Source: Ramazzottius varieornatus
Taxonomy: Eukaryota; Animalia; Tardigrada
Length of the DNA stretch: 64,000 bases
Assembly: GCA_001949185.1 (NCBI GenBank)
Contig: BDGG01000005.1
Location: 2,829,972 to 2,893,971 of the forward strand
Direction: 5' to 3'
Made by a program: the position numbers and the translations under genes. This document shows positions 52,770 to 64,000 of this stretch, one piece after another. A model generated the notes under the pieces. It did not search any database. It saw only the letters and a list, made by a program, of their open reading frames with translations, and was not told where the DNA came from. The number at the start of each line of letters is the position of its first letter. Position 1 is the stretch's first letter.

Positions 52770-53859
52770 CTCAAGTTCCCGATACCTGGGAAGCTGTAGG
52801 TACTTCGAGTCTTTCTTCCGGCATTCTGTCACCAATGTCTCCGGTAACTGACTCAGCATATTTTCCAGCCATTGTGTCTGCGCTTTCGGAAAAGGCCACA
52901 TGGTACCCGCTTCGTCCAGCACTTTGAACAGTTTACCCTCACGTCTTGGGATATCTTTGTGTTTCAGAATTCTCTTAGTCAGCTCAACAGGTTTAGGGCA
53001 CCTCAGGAACCCATGACCAATACGAGACGCTACGCTGCCATTCTTCGAAGGTATGTGCATCCTCGCACAGACTTTCCGTCACATCGGCCATGAGAAAGCC
53101 GATCTTGCTGTTGACCAGTCGTAGCTGGCAGGACTTGTCCGAAAACTTTTCGATGAGCTTGATTATCTTGGTGGAACTCTTGGCATCACCATAAAGAGTG
53201 ATGCTGGTTACGATTTGCAAAGGAAAGTCAAAAGCTTTGTTAAACACTTCGTCACTTAACGTGATCCAGAAGTTGGGACGAGAAGGAACGAACACTATGT
53301 GACGCAGGCTGTTCGGTTCGAGGATGAACTTTCGTTTAGCTGTGATCTTCTTTCGCATGTTGTTGCGGGTTATACTCTTTCCGTAGAGTGGATCATCGGG
53401 GGAGAAAGCGAAACCCTTATTCAGGACGGCAGTCCGAGAAAGCGACGATTTCCAGTCGGAAGCAACCCTGTCAACCGATCAATAGAAACATCTCTGCGCC
53501 GCATGTTGAAGTCTTTGTAAGAACGAAGCTCTTCCATCGCGGGCGTTAACGGTGTTGATATCTGCAAAGTGAAACCGTACAGTATAACTGCATAAAATAC
53601 AGACTGGCGGATTGGTTGGTGGTATCGTAGATTAGAACCAGGCATCTACCTCGAGAGTTTTGAACGAGAACGGAAATAGTAACTGTTGTCAGCCGCTTCG
53701 TCCGACCGGACTCCGACGCCGATATCGATGTCCCAAACTGGGAAAATGTTTTGAAGCTGTTTTTTATCAATGACATGCGCAATCGATCGTGCTCTTCCGT
53801 ATGTACTGAACGTCAGGCTGCGATATTAATCAACCATCAGCCAATCAATCGTTTCAAGC

Positions 53860-53908
53860 AGGTCTTGCGCGTGTCCTCGTAAAGTAACGATGGACACGCG
53901 CAAGACCT
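53860..53908. repeat. Short hairpin
   Basis: AGGTCTTGCGCGTGTCC / GGACACGCGCAAGACCT 17-bp perfect stem. Confidence 0.7.
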
Positions 53909-54404
53909 CTGGTAAATTTAGCAAGAAGGATATCCTCTAATAACAAAACCACAAGGTTCTATTTTTAAAGCAACCCCGTCTAAAATAAAAATTCAGTCTG
54001 CATCAATATATGGGTTGAAATGCGAAGAGCTCTGACATTCTGCTGGTTGTGCTGCCTAGTCCCATCCCAGGAGGCGGCCCAACAGGGTACCTGTGTACAG
54101 TATTCGTACCCAGCCCATTGTGTCTTTCCTGGAGTACGAACTTTATGACGCAGTGGCTGGAAAAACGGCATATCTTCCCAACGAAGTTCGTCGTGGAGCC
54201 CTTGCAAGCCATCCATGAAGATTAGCAACATCAGGAAAAAGGCACAGTCCAGGGTATCCAGCTCCTGATCGTTACACGCCGCACCGCTATAAAGTCCCAT
54301 CTTACTCGGCTACAAAACCTCGAGCCCCCAATAAATGAATCGAAATTTTGTCGAGCAGGATTGGAGAGGGAAACTGGGACCTTCAAAACGGAACGCTTGC
54401 AGAA

Positions 54405-54519
54405 ATGACTGATCGAGAGAGTTGAATCAGATAGCCATCTCAAGTGGTGCACGCTCTCATTGTTATTGGCTGAAAGTGTCCGCCACTTTGGAAATCATTC
54501 GGTTCTGATCGTTTGTCCG
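54405..54519. repeat. Palindromic intronic repeat, degenerate copy
   Basis: CTCAAGTGGTGCAC...GTCCGCCACTTTG...GATCGTTTGTCCG. Confidence 0.6.
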
Positions 54520-55669
54520 CGTCCCAAGCGATGAATGGGCTTACCGAGAACCATGCAAGAACTCCTTATCTTGTCAAACTTGGAACAGGACCATGGAAGG
54601 CTATCCCAGTAGTATTCCATCAGCCAAGTGGTGATTCTGGCATCGTGTGGCCAGATGAGACCCTGCTCATCTCAAAACTTGAACAACGTTGTATACATTG
54701 CACTCTTCAAGTACGTGTCTGCTACGTATATTTCTGTGTTGGTACGAGGTAAACGACGTAATTTTCCTTTTTGGGACGTAATTATGACGGGTTATATTTC
54801 TGAGCTCACTGTACCACGTTATTTGGGTTTTCGTTACCGAGGTAGACAAACTTATCTCCCAGAGCTCTGCATAGGTTTTTGGATGAGATGAAGTTTTGGG
54901 TCGAAGAAACTGCTCTTGTGAGGACGAGGGGTCAGTCTAATGTTAAAAAGCCTAAATTTACATCAACAGGAGTACGATGAAAATGAATCAGGCGTTGACG
55001 ATAATGTTCAAACGTTTCACGCCGTCAGAATTACGCCCTAAGAACGGATACGGCAGGATTACGTCATTTACCTGGTAGAGACGTCTGTTACTGGAACCGT
55101 AAACTTCCAGAACAGACGACTGTCCTCCCACCTATTGGAGGTCCCTGTTGACCAGCACCTGCATAATCGGTTGGAATGATGGAGAGGAAGAAGTCCAAAG
55201 ACTTCAGTGATGAGTGATGACAAGACACGGCAGATGAGGCCAGACTTCCGCCACGGCATACGGACTGTGTACCTCTTCCACATCGGTACCCTTGTCTTCC
55301 TTTGTCAATTTCAACAACCCGCTTCTGTTCCATCGTACCTTGCCACAGCAAGCTTCAGGTAAAAAAGAAACACGATTGCCTTGCCGATGCTAGACCAAAT
55401 TGCATAACGCAACTACACACGAAATCCACATGGTATCGACCGTATGTGAGAATTTGCACGTTGGCTACCAGGATGCGAAGGTTCTATCAGGAAACGGATT
55501 TACACGGACTAGAAAAACCGGATTCCACTCTTTGCCTAATCGTAGTATCAATAGATGATCACAGTAGCTATAGGACGTGAGCGTCTAATGTGCTGCATAT
55601 TCGTCCGACCTCGAAAGTCTGCGAGAGACGGTCTTGATTGGTGACCAGCTTCGCCAAGAAATTTCCCCT

Positions 55670-56761
55670 CTAAGTTCCACAAGTGATGTAGCGCCTGAAC
55701 AGCGTTCTCAGCTCCGGGTTAGCCAACACAATCAAAATTGGGTCAAAAATGACCGTCAGTGATTGCATGAGTTTGACAGTTGCGTAGTACTCGGCCGATA
55801 GCTCAGTATCAAAGACCAACAGCAGGGTAAAGTACACCTCGCTCGGCGCCAGACATGTCATCGCACTTAAGGTTGTCAGTGTCAGAGTGACGAACCCGGA
55901 AACGCTTCCGTGCTGAGGCCGTCCACAGCATCCAACTGCTGGAGCTTTCCTACTTGCCATCGTTGACTTTACCATTGAACCGTCGATTTCAATAGTATCG
56001 CTGGCAGGTTTGGTTGCGTTCATTGTAGCTTCGTTCGCTGCTCGAATTCGACGTCGTCTGTGGCGAGTGGCTATGAAGGACTTGTAGAAGATGAGGGGAT
56101 AGAGTGCTACAATAAAGACTAGTGGTAGATCGTAGACCACCAACTGCGAAACGGGTCCCCATCCTCCGATGGGGTCGGTGTCCAACGTGCACTTTCGTTT
56201 ACCGTTCTTGTCTGGGTCGGTGAGTTTAGCGATCGTGAGGATGGTTGGTACGATGGTTATGTTGATAGCAAGCCAGGCTGAAATGCATGTTGCGAACGCA
56301 AATTTGGTGTGGTGCCGATGATGATACGAGACGGGGAAGATGACGGCCCAGAAGCGGTTCACAGCAATGAGGAAGTGGGACCAGTTGACCGCGGCTTCGA
56401 TAATCCATGCCAGGAATTGCCGGAAGACGCAGGCGCCATAACCCATTGTCCAGGAGGAATAGTAGAACTGGATAAGGGTGATCGGTTCCCATAGACAAGC
56501 CATGGCGGTGTTGGCGATGATCAGATTCATCAGGTAGACGCCGAAAGGAGTTCGCAATGTAGGTCGTTTGGCGAACAACGTCAGAAGACTAATATTGAAA
56601 AGCGTACCGGCCAGGATGGTGAACAGTGTAAGCGAAGGCCCGAGAGTCCAACTTCCGGCGTGCTCTGCTGTGGTCCGGTTATAAGTAAGGTTAGCAGTTA
56701 CGTTGGCTGGGGAGCTGGAGTGGATGAGGACAGTGCCAAGGCTGGCGTTCAGATTGGACAT
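55670..56761 (-). CDS. Class A (rhodopsin-like) orphan GPCR, single exon
   Basis: Seven hydrophobic segments; GTLFN (TM1), NLIIAN (TM2), Cys at the top of TM3, IAVNRFWAV (DRY variant), CLAP (TM6), DPILI (NPxxY variant); N-glycosylation sequons at the N-terminus. Confidence 0.9.
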   Translation of the reverse strand: MSNLNASLGTVLIHSSSPANVTANLTYNRTTAEHAGSWTLGPSLTLFTILAGTLFNISLLTLFAKRPTLRTPFGVYLMNLIIANTAMACLWEPITLIQFYYSSWTMGYGACVFRQFLAWIIEAAVNWSHFLIAVNRFWAVIFPVSYHHRHHTKFAFATCISAWLAINITIVPTILTIAKLTDPDKNGKRKCTLDTDPIGGWGPVSQLVVYDLPLVFIVALYPLIFYKSFIATRHRRRRIRAANEATMNATKPASDTIEIDGSMVKSTMASRKAPAVGCCGRPQHGSVSGFVTLTLTTLSAMTCLAPSEVYFTLLLVFDTELSAEYYATVKLMQSLTVIFDPILIVLANPELRTLFRRYITCGT

Positions 56762-57712
56762 CGTAAGAGGAGAGAGATAGACAGGTGAGTTTCCCGAATG
56801 AACTATGCACAAAGTACCATCATTTTATTCGTACAGTAAGAGCATAGCTCGGGCTTTCCAACTCGGTGAAAATGTGTGCGTGCCACATGGGTATCTGACA
56901 CTGGCGGAAACCTCGGAGTGCGTGGTCGAAACCCAAAGGAGTAAGTATTACTGAGAGCGGCAAAAAGGAAGATGGGATCCGAAGGCTATGGGGGTGTTTA
57001 CGAGTATGAAGAGTGGATGAAATGCCCCTCGACTACAGTGTTTATCAAAGGTTTCACCAATCTTGCTAGCTTTTGTCCCCAAAGATGCAGATTCGGCATA
57101 ACACCTCTTCAGCGATGCTGTGCAATTGTGTTTGCTCTAATCGCATTGACGGTAATGGTCGGATGTATTAATTCGACCTTGAACGAAAGGTAAATCCAGT
57201 TGTTTTTTTTGTTGCGTGTTGCACACCGTTTTGAAGATCCCATCGATATCCTTTACATTCTTGTGTTCGTAAACATCGTTTAGCTGTTGCTAGTTGGGGT
57301 ACTGTATTCGCTTTCAGGGTTTGTGTAGCCTTGTTATCGAGCTTAGGATTTTGTGTTTGTCAAGGCATTACGGTGAATACTAGTTCTCGCTTCAGACAAC
57401 GTTTGTTCTTTGAAGCAGAACGTAGTCGAGCCGACACGAAGTCTGTTTATTGGACCCTTTTTAACATCGACCGGCAAGATCAATCACATCACAATGCCAA
57501 AAATGAAAATAAACAAAGAACGAGTCTGTCAAAATCGCAGCGCCCAAGTTTTCTTCGTACAGTAGGAAGTTCCAATAGACGTTACCATGGGCAAACGCGT
57601 GTGAGTATCCCAAATCTCGCGCTATGTTCTAGTGGAAGAAAATTCATACTATGTCGTTCGTAAAGTTGATAAGAATTGCTGCTTTATCTGAGGCTCACAT
57701 TGGTATTTCGAG

Positions 57713-60700
57713 ATGACCGCAACAGCCGATGCATGGCGGGTGGAGGATCGCCACGATGCTTACGATTTCGAAGACGATCCAGGTGGTGCTCCACCAAAAA
57801 TCGACATGGAATGTTCCGCTGACGGTAAATGCGCTCGAGCAACTCAGACTCTTGGTAAAGTTCCTAAAGTCTACCTGACCGAGGCATGGAAGTACATGAA
57901 AATTGCCGGTCGCGAGAACCGCCCTGTGGTCGACTTCCGTCATTACCCCCAGATCGGTACCATGCGCACCGATAAATTCCAGCCAGTTGTTCCGGACAAC
58001 GTCACCCTCGAAGAACTCGAGCAAGAACCCAGCCTACTCCGTGTCATCCGCGAGAACCACCATATGACCAACCACACCATTGCGGATCACTTCGACGCCA
58101 GTGCGCGACACTGTATGCACCTCGGTAACTTCGCGCAGTTACGAGTCGACCCTACATACAACGCTTTGGTCAACGCTATGCCTACCACCAAGAGCGATCT
58201 GTGGTTCGCGACCAACACGAAAAGTGTGGAGAACCAGTTGATGAGTAACAAAGTTATGGTGAAAGAATTTATCAAACAGTCGAAGTTATTCAGCTCGAGA
58301 GATCTATATCTGATGATGCATTTAAAACGAGCCAGAAGGAAACCGATTGAAGGATTGAAAGCCAAGGCCAAGAAAGAGTATCGCGATACAAGGGAAGCGG
58401 ATATACATGCGATAGAGCAGTATGAAATGGCGTCGGATAGACGAGAGTCTCATCTACAGGCGTACGCTCCACAGAACCCGCAGGAAAGAGCGATCAAAGA
58501 TAGTAACATGTACCATCTGCCACCGGATAGTCATCTGACCCACGAGTTACCGGAGTTCAAACAGTTCAAGGAGCCATCGGTGGTAAATCTGTCCGAAGCC
58601 ATGAACGAGGTGTTTCACTACGCGAAACGTCAGAAGAACTTGTTGAATGCGGATCAGATGGCATTTTATGTCGTGAGAGAGACTGATGGGCCGATTGTTA
58701 GTCTAGAGAAGTATCCTCCCCGAAGAGTGTCGCAGTATACTCAGCCCATTCCCGAGAGCTTGCAGTACGGAATGAGCCTGAGTGGTGCTTCGGGAAAAGA
58801 AGGAGGAACGGAGGTCGGTGTAAGTAAAAAACGAGGTGAGGACAATCAGCTGACAATACTTTTGTATTAGTGAGCTCGGCAGACCAACTCTACCAGATCG
58901 TTTTTCTTCACGTGGCGCTTTTCCAGGCAATAATACCGGGAGCCTGCTCCACTTGGAAGAACATTCGAAGTCGATCGTTTTCCAAGTGGCGCGCTCTTCC
59001 AGCCAGTATCAACTGATAATGTACGCCACTTTGACGAACGATGCGGTCGATTCCGTTTGCCCTGTTCCCTCCTGTTACTGTGGGTCTATTCAGTGGGAAG
59101 AACCATCTTCGATTTCAGGACGCACCGAACGGAGTATCGGGATCAAGTCGAGACGTTCGCGAAAGAGAAGACAGTGGGGCCGTGTCAAATGTGGAAAAGC
59201 TGGAAGATGATCTGGACCTGTCCGACACGCAGAACGATGGAGGTGAGCCTGTCAAAAGTCCACCTAAAATTCAAAAGCAGCGAACGTCGGACATCGTGGT
59301 TGACTACCGCGAACCTCATGAGCTGATCACCAAGGTTGTGACAGCCCAGACGTGGTTCTTGATCCCGAATGTCAAGGCTTACTTGTCACGGTACCCACCA
59401 ATCTTACCCGTGATGCCAGAGGACCCCAGGTCCATCATTCTAGTACCGGTTGGACTTCACAGCGGTAAGATCATTGGATTTTTGTCCTTTATCCGTTGTG
59501 GAAGGAAGCCGACATTCACCGAATCAGAAGCGGACATTTCGTTCGTGCATGCAAACTATCTACTTCGGACGAGATACTACGCTGGTGTACGGTCTGTCCA
59601 GCGACAAACGGAGAGGAACATGTTGAAGTACATGCATGACATACTGAAGATAAAAGATCCACCTGTTGAGGAGTTCCTACACCAGACGCTGATACTCGCC
59701 AGGACGCTGGCTGATGCCGATCGAGCAGGATGTTTCCTGGCTAACCAACTTACGGAGAGTTTATCGTTAGATCGACAGCTGATTGTTTACTTGTTGGAAA
59801 GCGGAGGCGAAGACCCTGTCACGGGGAAACCAGCATGCCGAAAAGGCTGTGATATCAGGTAAGTCTTTCCATACACGCGTGGTCCCACTGCGAAATCAGA
59901 AACGGAGTACCGGTATGGAAGGCCGGAATGTGCGAATGGAATGTGCAAGAATTTTCCCTCAAGTGGCGCACTCTTCCAGCGTATAGCATGACAACCTGCG
60001 CCACTTGGCTTGAGATATTGCACGTTTCGTTTGCCGGCCTGCGTTTCTTATTGACGGCGGAAACATTATATCGAGTATAAAGAAACGACGTTTTTGGCAC
60101 TTTAGAATGTCGGTGAATAGTGGTATCGTCGGTTGCGCTTACCGACACCGTCGAACGTACTCCTCGTCCGGAACGCAGTTTGACCAGCATTTCTTCTCCG
60201 CCATTGATAAGATGATGGCCCATAGAACGGAGTCTCTTGTTTGCGTACCGTTCCTGATGGGCGGAGAACCTTACGGCCTGCTTGAAGTCTTGAACAAAAA
60301 GAGTTCCTCCCGTTTCTCCGATCAAGACATCGCGATGCTCCACTTGAACAGCGTCTTCCCTGCTTTGGGTATTCTCATAGCTTGGTACCGAGTAGCCTGC
60401 AACAAACAGGAGTACCTCTGGTGTATCTATCGCGCCAGGATTGCCTCCATGAGGAACCGTAGAGTACACCGAACGACACGCCTCTGGCGTCCACAAGAAC
60501 GTCCGAGGAACTTGCCCAACTTCGCTAACCTCACGCCTGAATTGACCGAACCGGGCTATTTCTACCTGGATGCGATGAAAGAGTTAACGGAGACGTGTGC
60601 GGCAATGATAAAGTCGATGGCGGGTGAACTCAAGCTGGATGACACTGTCGTCTGGAACTTTGTGCACCATGTAAAGAATTACTACACTGGCGCAAAGTTT

Positions 60701-61971
60701 CACAACTGGCGGAATACCTTCGCGGCCTTGCAGACACTGTATGCGATCATGTCCCATACGAATGGTTTCTTCAGTAGCGAGGAGCAGCTGACGATGGCCG
60801 TGGCGGTAATGGTACATGGAATCGACCATTGTCTCTTGAATGGTGCAATAACGGAGGGAACGGACTTGCCAGGGGGACTCGCGCATGTCTATGGAATCAC
60901 CATACCGGAAGCCGGATCAGTCCGGTCGATGTCAATTCTTCTTCGGGTACGTGGTTATTTCTAAGAAAAACTATAAAGGGAAAGAAATAGCAGTGGAAAA
61001 CACATGACGTTGCTTCGTTCAGCCAATGTGATTTTCACCGTTTTTGAATTGCTCGTAGCGTGAAGGGAATTTCACTGCAAGGGAATTATTCTACAGAGTT
61101 TTACCAGCTAGACTTTGTCTTGACATTGAAAATTTTGTCGGTGATTTTGCTCTGGCAAATTTTGCAGGAAAAATCGACCAACGTGTTCCACATGTTCCGT
61201 TCCAAATACTGGCGACGCCTCAAGGAGAACGCCCGGAACTGCGTCTTGGCTACACACCTACCTGGCGTTCCACAGAAGACGGCTAAGTTAAAAGCGTTAT
61301 GGACAGCTGGAGAATTCAAGAGCTTCGAGATCGAGCATCGGCAATTTCTTCGAGAACTTGTCGTGATATGCGCTAGGCTAGGTTTCACTTGCCGATCCCA
61401 CGATCTTTACAAGGAAGTACTGCACTGCGCTCACGAGGAATATTCTGACACATTACACGAGCAGAAGTCTAGACCCGGATCTACGTCATTCTCGCCCAGG
61501 TGGAAACTCCCCGAAGACAAAAAACAGTTCAAGGCACTACAGGTGAATATTGATACGGGGCTGCACGTGGGTAACAGACTTTGTTCGAAGTGGCTCGAAA
61601 TTCAAACCAACACGAAACTTACTTGCCTCCCTTAGGCTACTTTCCTACGACGGTTTTGCGTACCGTTATTCGACCTTCTACGGCTAATCTTTCCCGACAC
61701 CGGAGTGTTTCTGGACGCCTGCGTAAAAAACCTGGAGAAACTCGATCCGGAGTCTCGTTTTGACCAGCTGAGTACACTGAGCCACATCGACGGGGGTGGG
61801 ACAGGCCACAAAAGGAAGGACAGGCACGTCAGTAGTGAAATGAAACGCATGATGCGAAGGAACATTTGGGAAGATATGCGTATACCTTTCGAACAACGGG
61901 ATATTGAGTACAAGAATTTCGCCGATATGCCCCATCTTTGGCACAAGTCTGAAGCTCCTCAGGATTCATAA
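57713..61971 (+). CDS. GAF-domain cyclic nucleotide phosphodiesterase-like protein, probably catalytically inactive (5 exons)
   Basis: GAF motifs ARTLADADRAGCFL, GIVG, FFSAIDKMMAHRTESLVCVP, LEVLNKKSSSRFSDQD; PDE region FHNWRN...VHGIDH...LATH; introns ~58819-59118, 59859-60106, 60947-61168, 61543-61635. Confidence 0.8.
58875..59061. repeat. Palindromic intronic repeat, two-hairpin copy (PDE intron 1)
   Basis: CTCGGCAGACCAACTCTACCAGATCG...CCAAGTGGCGCGC...GTACGCCACTT...CGTTTGCC. Confidence 0.8.
59921..60038. repeat. Palindromic intronic repeat (PDE intron 2)
   Basis: CTCAAGTGGCGCAC...TGCGCCACTTGG...GTTTGCCGGCC. Confidence 0.75.
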
Positions 61972-62021
61972 ACGAAAACTACTTTTTTGTGTTTTAATTT
62001 CACGAATTCTACTGGACTGGA

Positions 62022-63560
62022 ATGGCTTCTCTGCCCTTCGATAGGATTATTATCCAACTGCAGCTTATGGGCTTCCTGTCAGTGAACGTCAATGCCGGTC
62101 TTTCGGATATCTCTAATCGACGGCCAATTCGCGCTTCGGTCATGAGTTGTCTTCAAGCTTTTGCTTTCTCACTGGTTGCTTCAATGATCTGGATATCCGC
62201 TGGTGCCGAAATCGCAGTAGCAACAACCAAACACTTGGCAGCAAAGGAACTGGCGGCGAACTCAACCACCCAAGCTGATACTTCGCAGTTGATCGATTTG
62301 ATATTCCGTTTCCGGTACAGTCTTCGACGAGTCAGTTTCTGCGTGATCACCACCGTGTTCCATATGAATCGAGTTAGTATACAAAATGGTCTTTTAGCCT
62401 TGCAGGCAATTACTTCGAGTAAAAAGAGATTTTGGGGAAAGATCCACAGCCGATTAGCTTTCATATTCAATCTTGGGATAGGTGGGGCTGTCCTGGTTAG
62501 TTTCACTTCCTGGTCGAGTAGACTGCTAGTGAATTACTCAATCATTGTCCTGCCGGCTATCGATCGTCCGGTCGCCTTCCTCGAAAATTTACCTTCGAGT
62601 GCGTGGATGCTCATTACGGGAATATGTTGTACGCCTGGCGAATATGCGTCGTTCCTGATAGCTTCGTTAACCGTCGGGGTGGTGGCCGCTTTGTCCATAC
62701 ATATCGAGGAACTGGTTAGCGAAGCTCACGAACTACGAGAAAACGTGCAGGCGGTGAGAAGCGCGACGGACTTACCACAAAAAATTGCGAATTTATGGGT
62801 GGGTTTCATGGTAATTAAAGATGTGACGCGAGCCTTGGAGCGCGGCTTTTCCACTGTCATGAGTTGCTTGATCATTGGGCAGTTTGCGCCACTATTGGCG
62901 TTCTCACCAATTTTCGTCCGCGCTGGGGTTTTGGCAGCTTTCCAGAATTACAGCCTTCATCTCATTCTATACATCGCCGTTCCCCTTGTAGCGTTGTTTT
63001 CGTTGCTCCTGACATGCGCAAAAAGCTATTCGAAGGTACTGTAATCTAATTTCCAAAAAACTGCAGAAACATATTGAACGGTTTATTTGTTGGTTCGCAG
63101 CGTTCATGTGGTGTTATTACAGTGTGAGGAACTGCAGTTTGAGTTAAGACAGCTGCTGCACATCATGAACAACCTCGACGTAGCCAAGGTGTCGAAGGAT
63201 CTCGTCAGTTTCCCATTACTAAACAAAACGTTCTTCATCGATAACTGGGAGCAAAACAGTGTGACTGGATACTTGAGACCAATGCAAAGCTACGTCAGAT
63301 CATTGGTGCGAGCAATTCAGCAGTATCCATCCATCGTCGAAGTTTGGTTATTCGGCGTCATCGAGTATTCCACTTTGAACGAGGTACAGAGATGTCACCA
63401 GCTGTAGACATTTATTTTTCGAAAGAATTTGACTTTGCAGATGGTCGCCTTCTTCGGGGGATACATGTTTTTTGTCATCGAACGAGGAGCTCCGCCGTCC
63501 GATCCGTTGGCTACGCTATCGGGGCTGCTCAATTTGACCCCTGGGAGTCCAGACTCTTAG
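62022..63560 (+). CDS. Gustatory receptor-like chemoreceptor (7tm_7)
   Basis: Long hydrophobic first exon followed by short phase-0 3' exons ending ...VEVWLFGVIEYSTLNE|MVAFFGGYMFFVIE, matching the GR C-terminal layout. Confidence 0.75.
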
Positions 63561-64000
63561 TAGTGCTTCCTGCCAGGAAGGTCATTGTAAGAAGTACTTG
63601 ACGACAAGCTCTTTTTGGTATCAGATCGACTGCTTAAAATCAATCAGCTGATTTTTGGCTTGTACGGCTTGCAGAGACAAACTCCGTTTTGAATACGGGG
63701 CAGTCGTACAAGTTCGTACGTCCTAACGTGATCATAGCGCTGTTACTTCACGCTTGGAATCAGCAGCTTCTCGCTTACACCAGGGATGCGTCTTCTGGAC
63801 TTCCGGTGCGTTCCCCAGCAAATCCGCTGAAGCAGAAAGAGAATTCTACAACGGCTCACTACTTGACTTTTGAAAATGAAGACTTCACTGATTCTATCAG
63901 GAACGAGAGCAAATAAGGCTATTGCTCAAGTTCAAGAAATGGAGCTTAAGAGCGCCCTCACGGCACAAGCTGTTGCAGCATCTGCAATATTATTAATAAG

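Larger units (their letters stand above)
51543..55350 (-). other. Multi-exon gene/pseudogene of unknown family with a duplicated domain and two C-terminal CCCH-CCHC zinc modules
   Basis: Last exon CSIFDQRGSCSNNPCRYVHVCSKCGAKDHGAVNC / CKAFNAAGCDKNPCKFFHKCKRCGATDHGATKC; internal repeats ELDTLDCAFF / ELNSLDCAFF; extent approximate. Confidence 0.5.

Overview
Eukaryotic (metazoan) genomic DNA with mostly 50-300 bp GT-AG introns; the compact genes, single-exon class A GPCR and gustatory-receptor-like gene suggest a tardigrade-like invertebrate (inference only). Conserved host genes: RINT1 (-) and MRPS11 (+) head-to-head, a class A GPCR, a GAF-containing PDE-like gene that has lost its catalytic metal ligands, and a gustatory-receptor-like gene. 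The accessory, transposon-rich part holds two decayed PIF/Harbinger elements, a 5.5 kb Mutator element (9-bp TSD, ~98-bp TIRs) carrying a chromodomain passenger gene, four hAT-type MITEs with 8-bp TSDs (one splits a 5S rRNA gene), an AspRS-derived pseudogene, and ten copies of a mostly intronic palindromic repeat (core CAAGTGGCGCAC). The most striking feature is a local cluster (27-51 kb) of four paralogues that join a THAP DNA-binding domain to a PRDM-type zinc knuckle + PR/SET domain with no C2H2 array. Two of them have an associated pipsqueak HTH, and a separate psq-chromodomain gene lies next to the cluster. One THAP-PR copy (44686-47964) splices into an intact ORF; the others are decaying. 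All calls come from reading the sequence by eye; no database searches were run.
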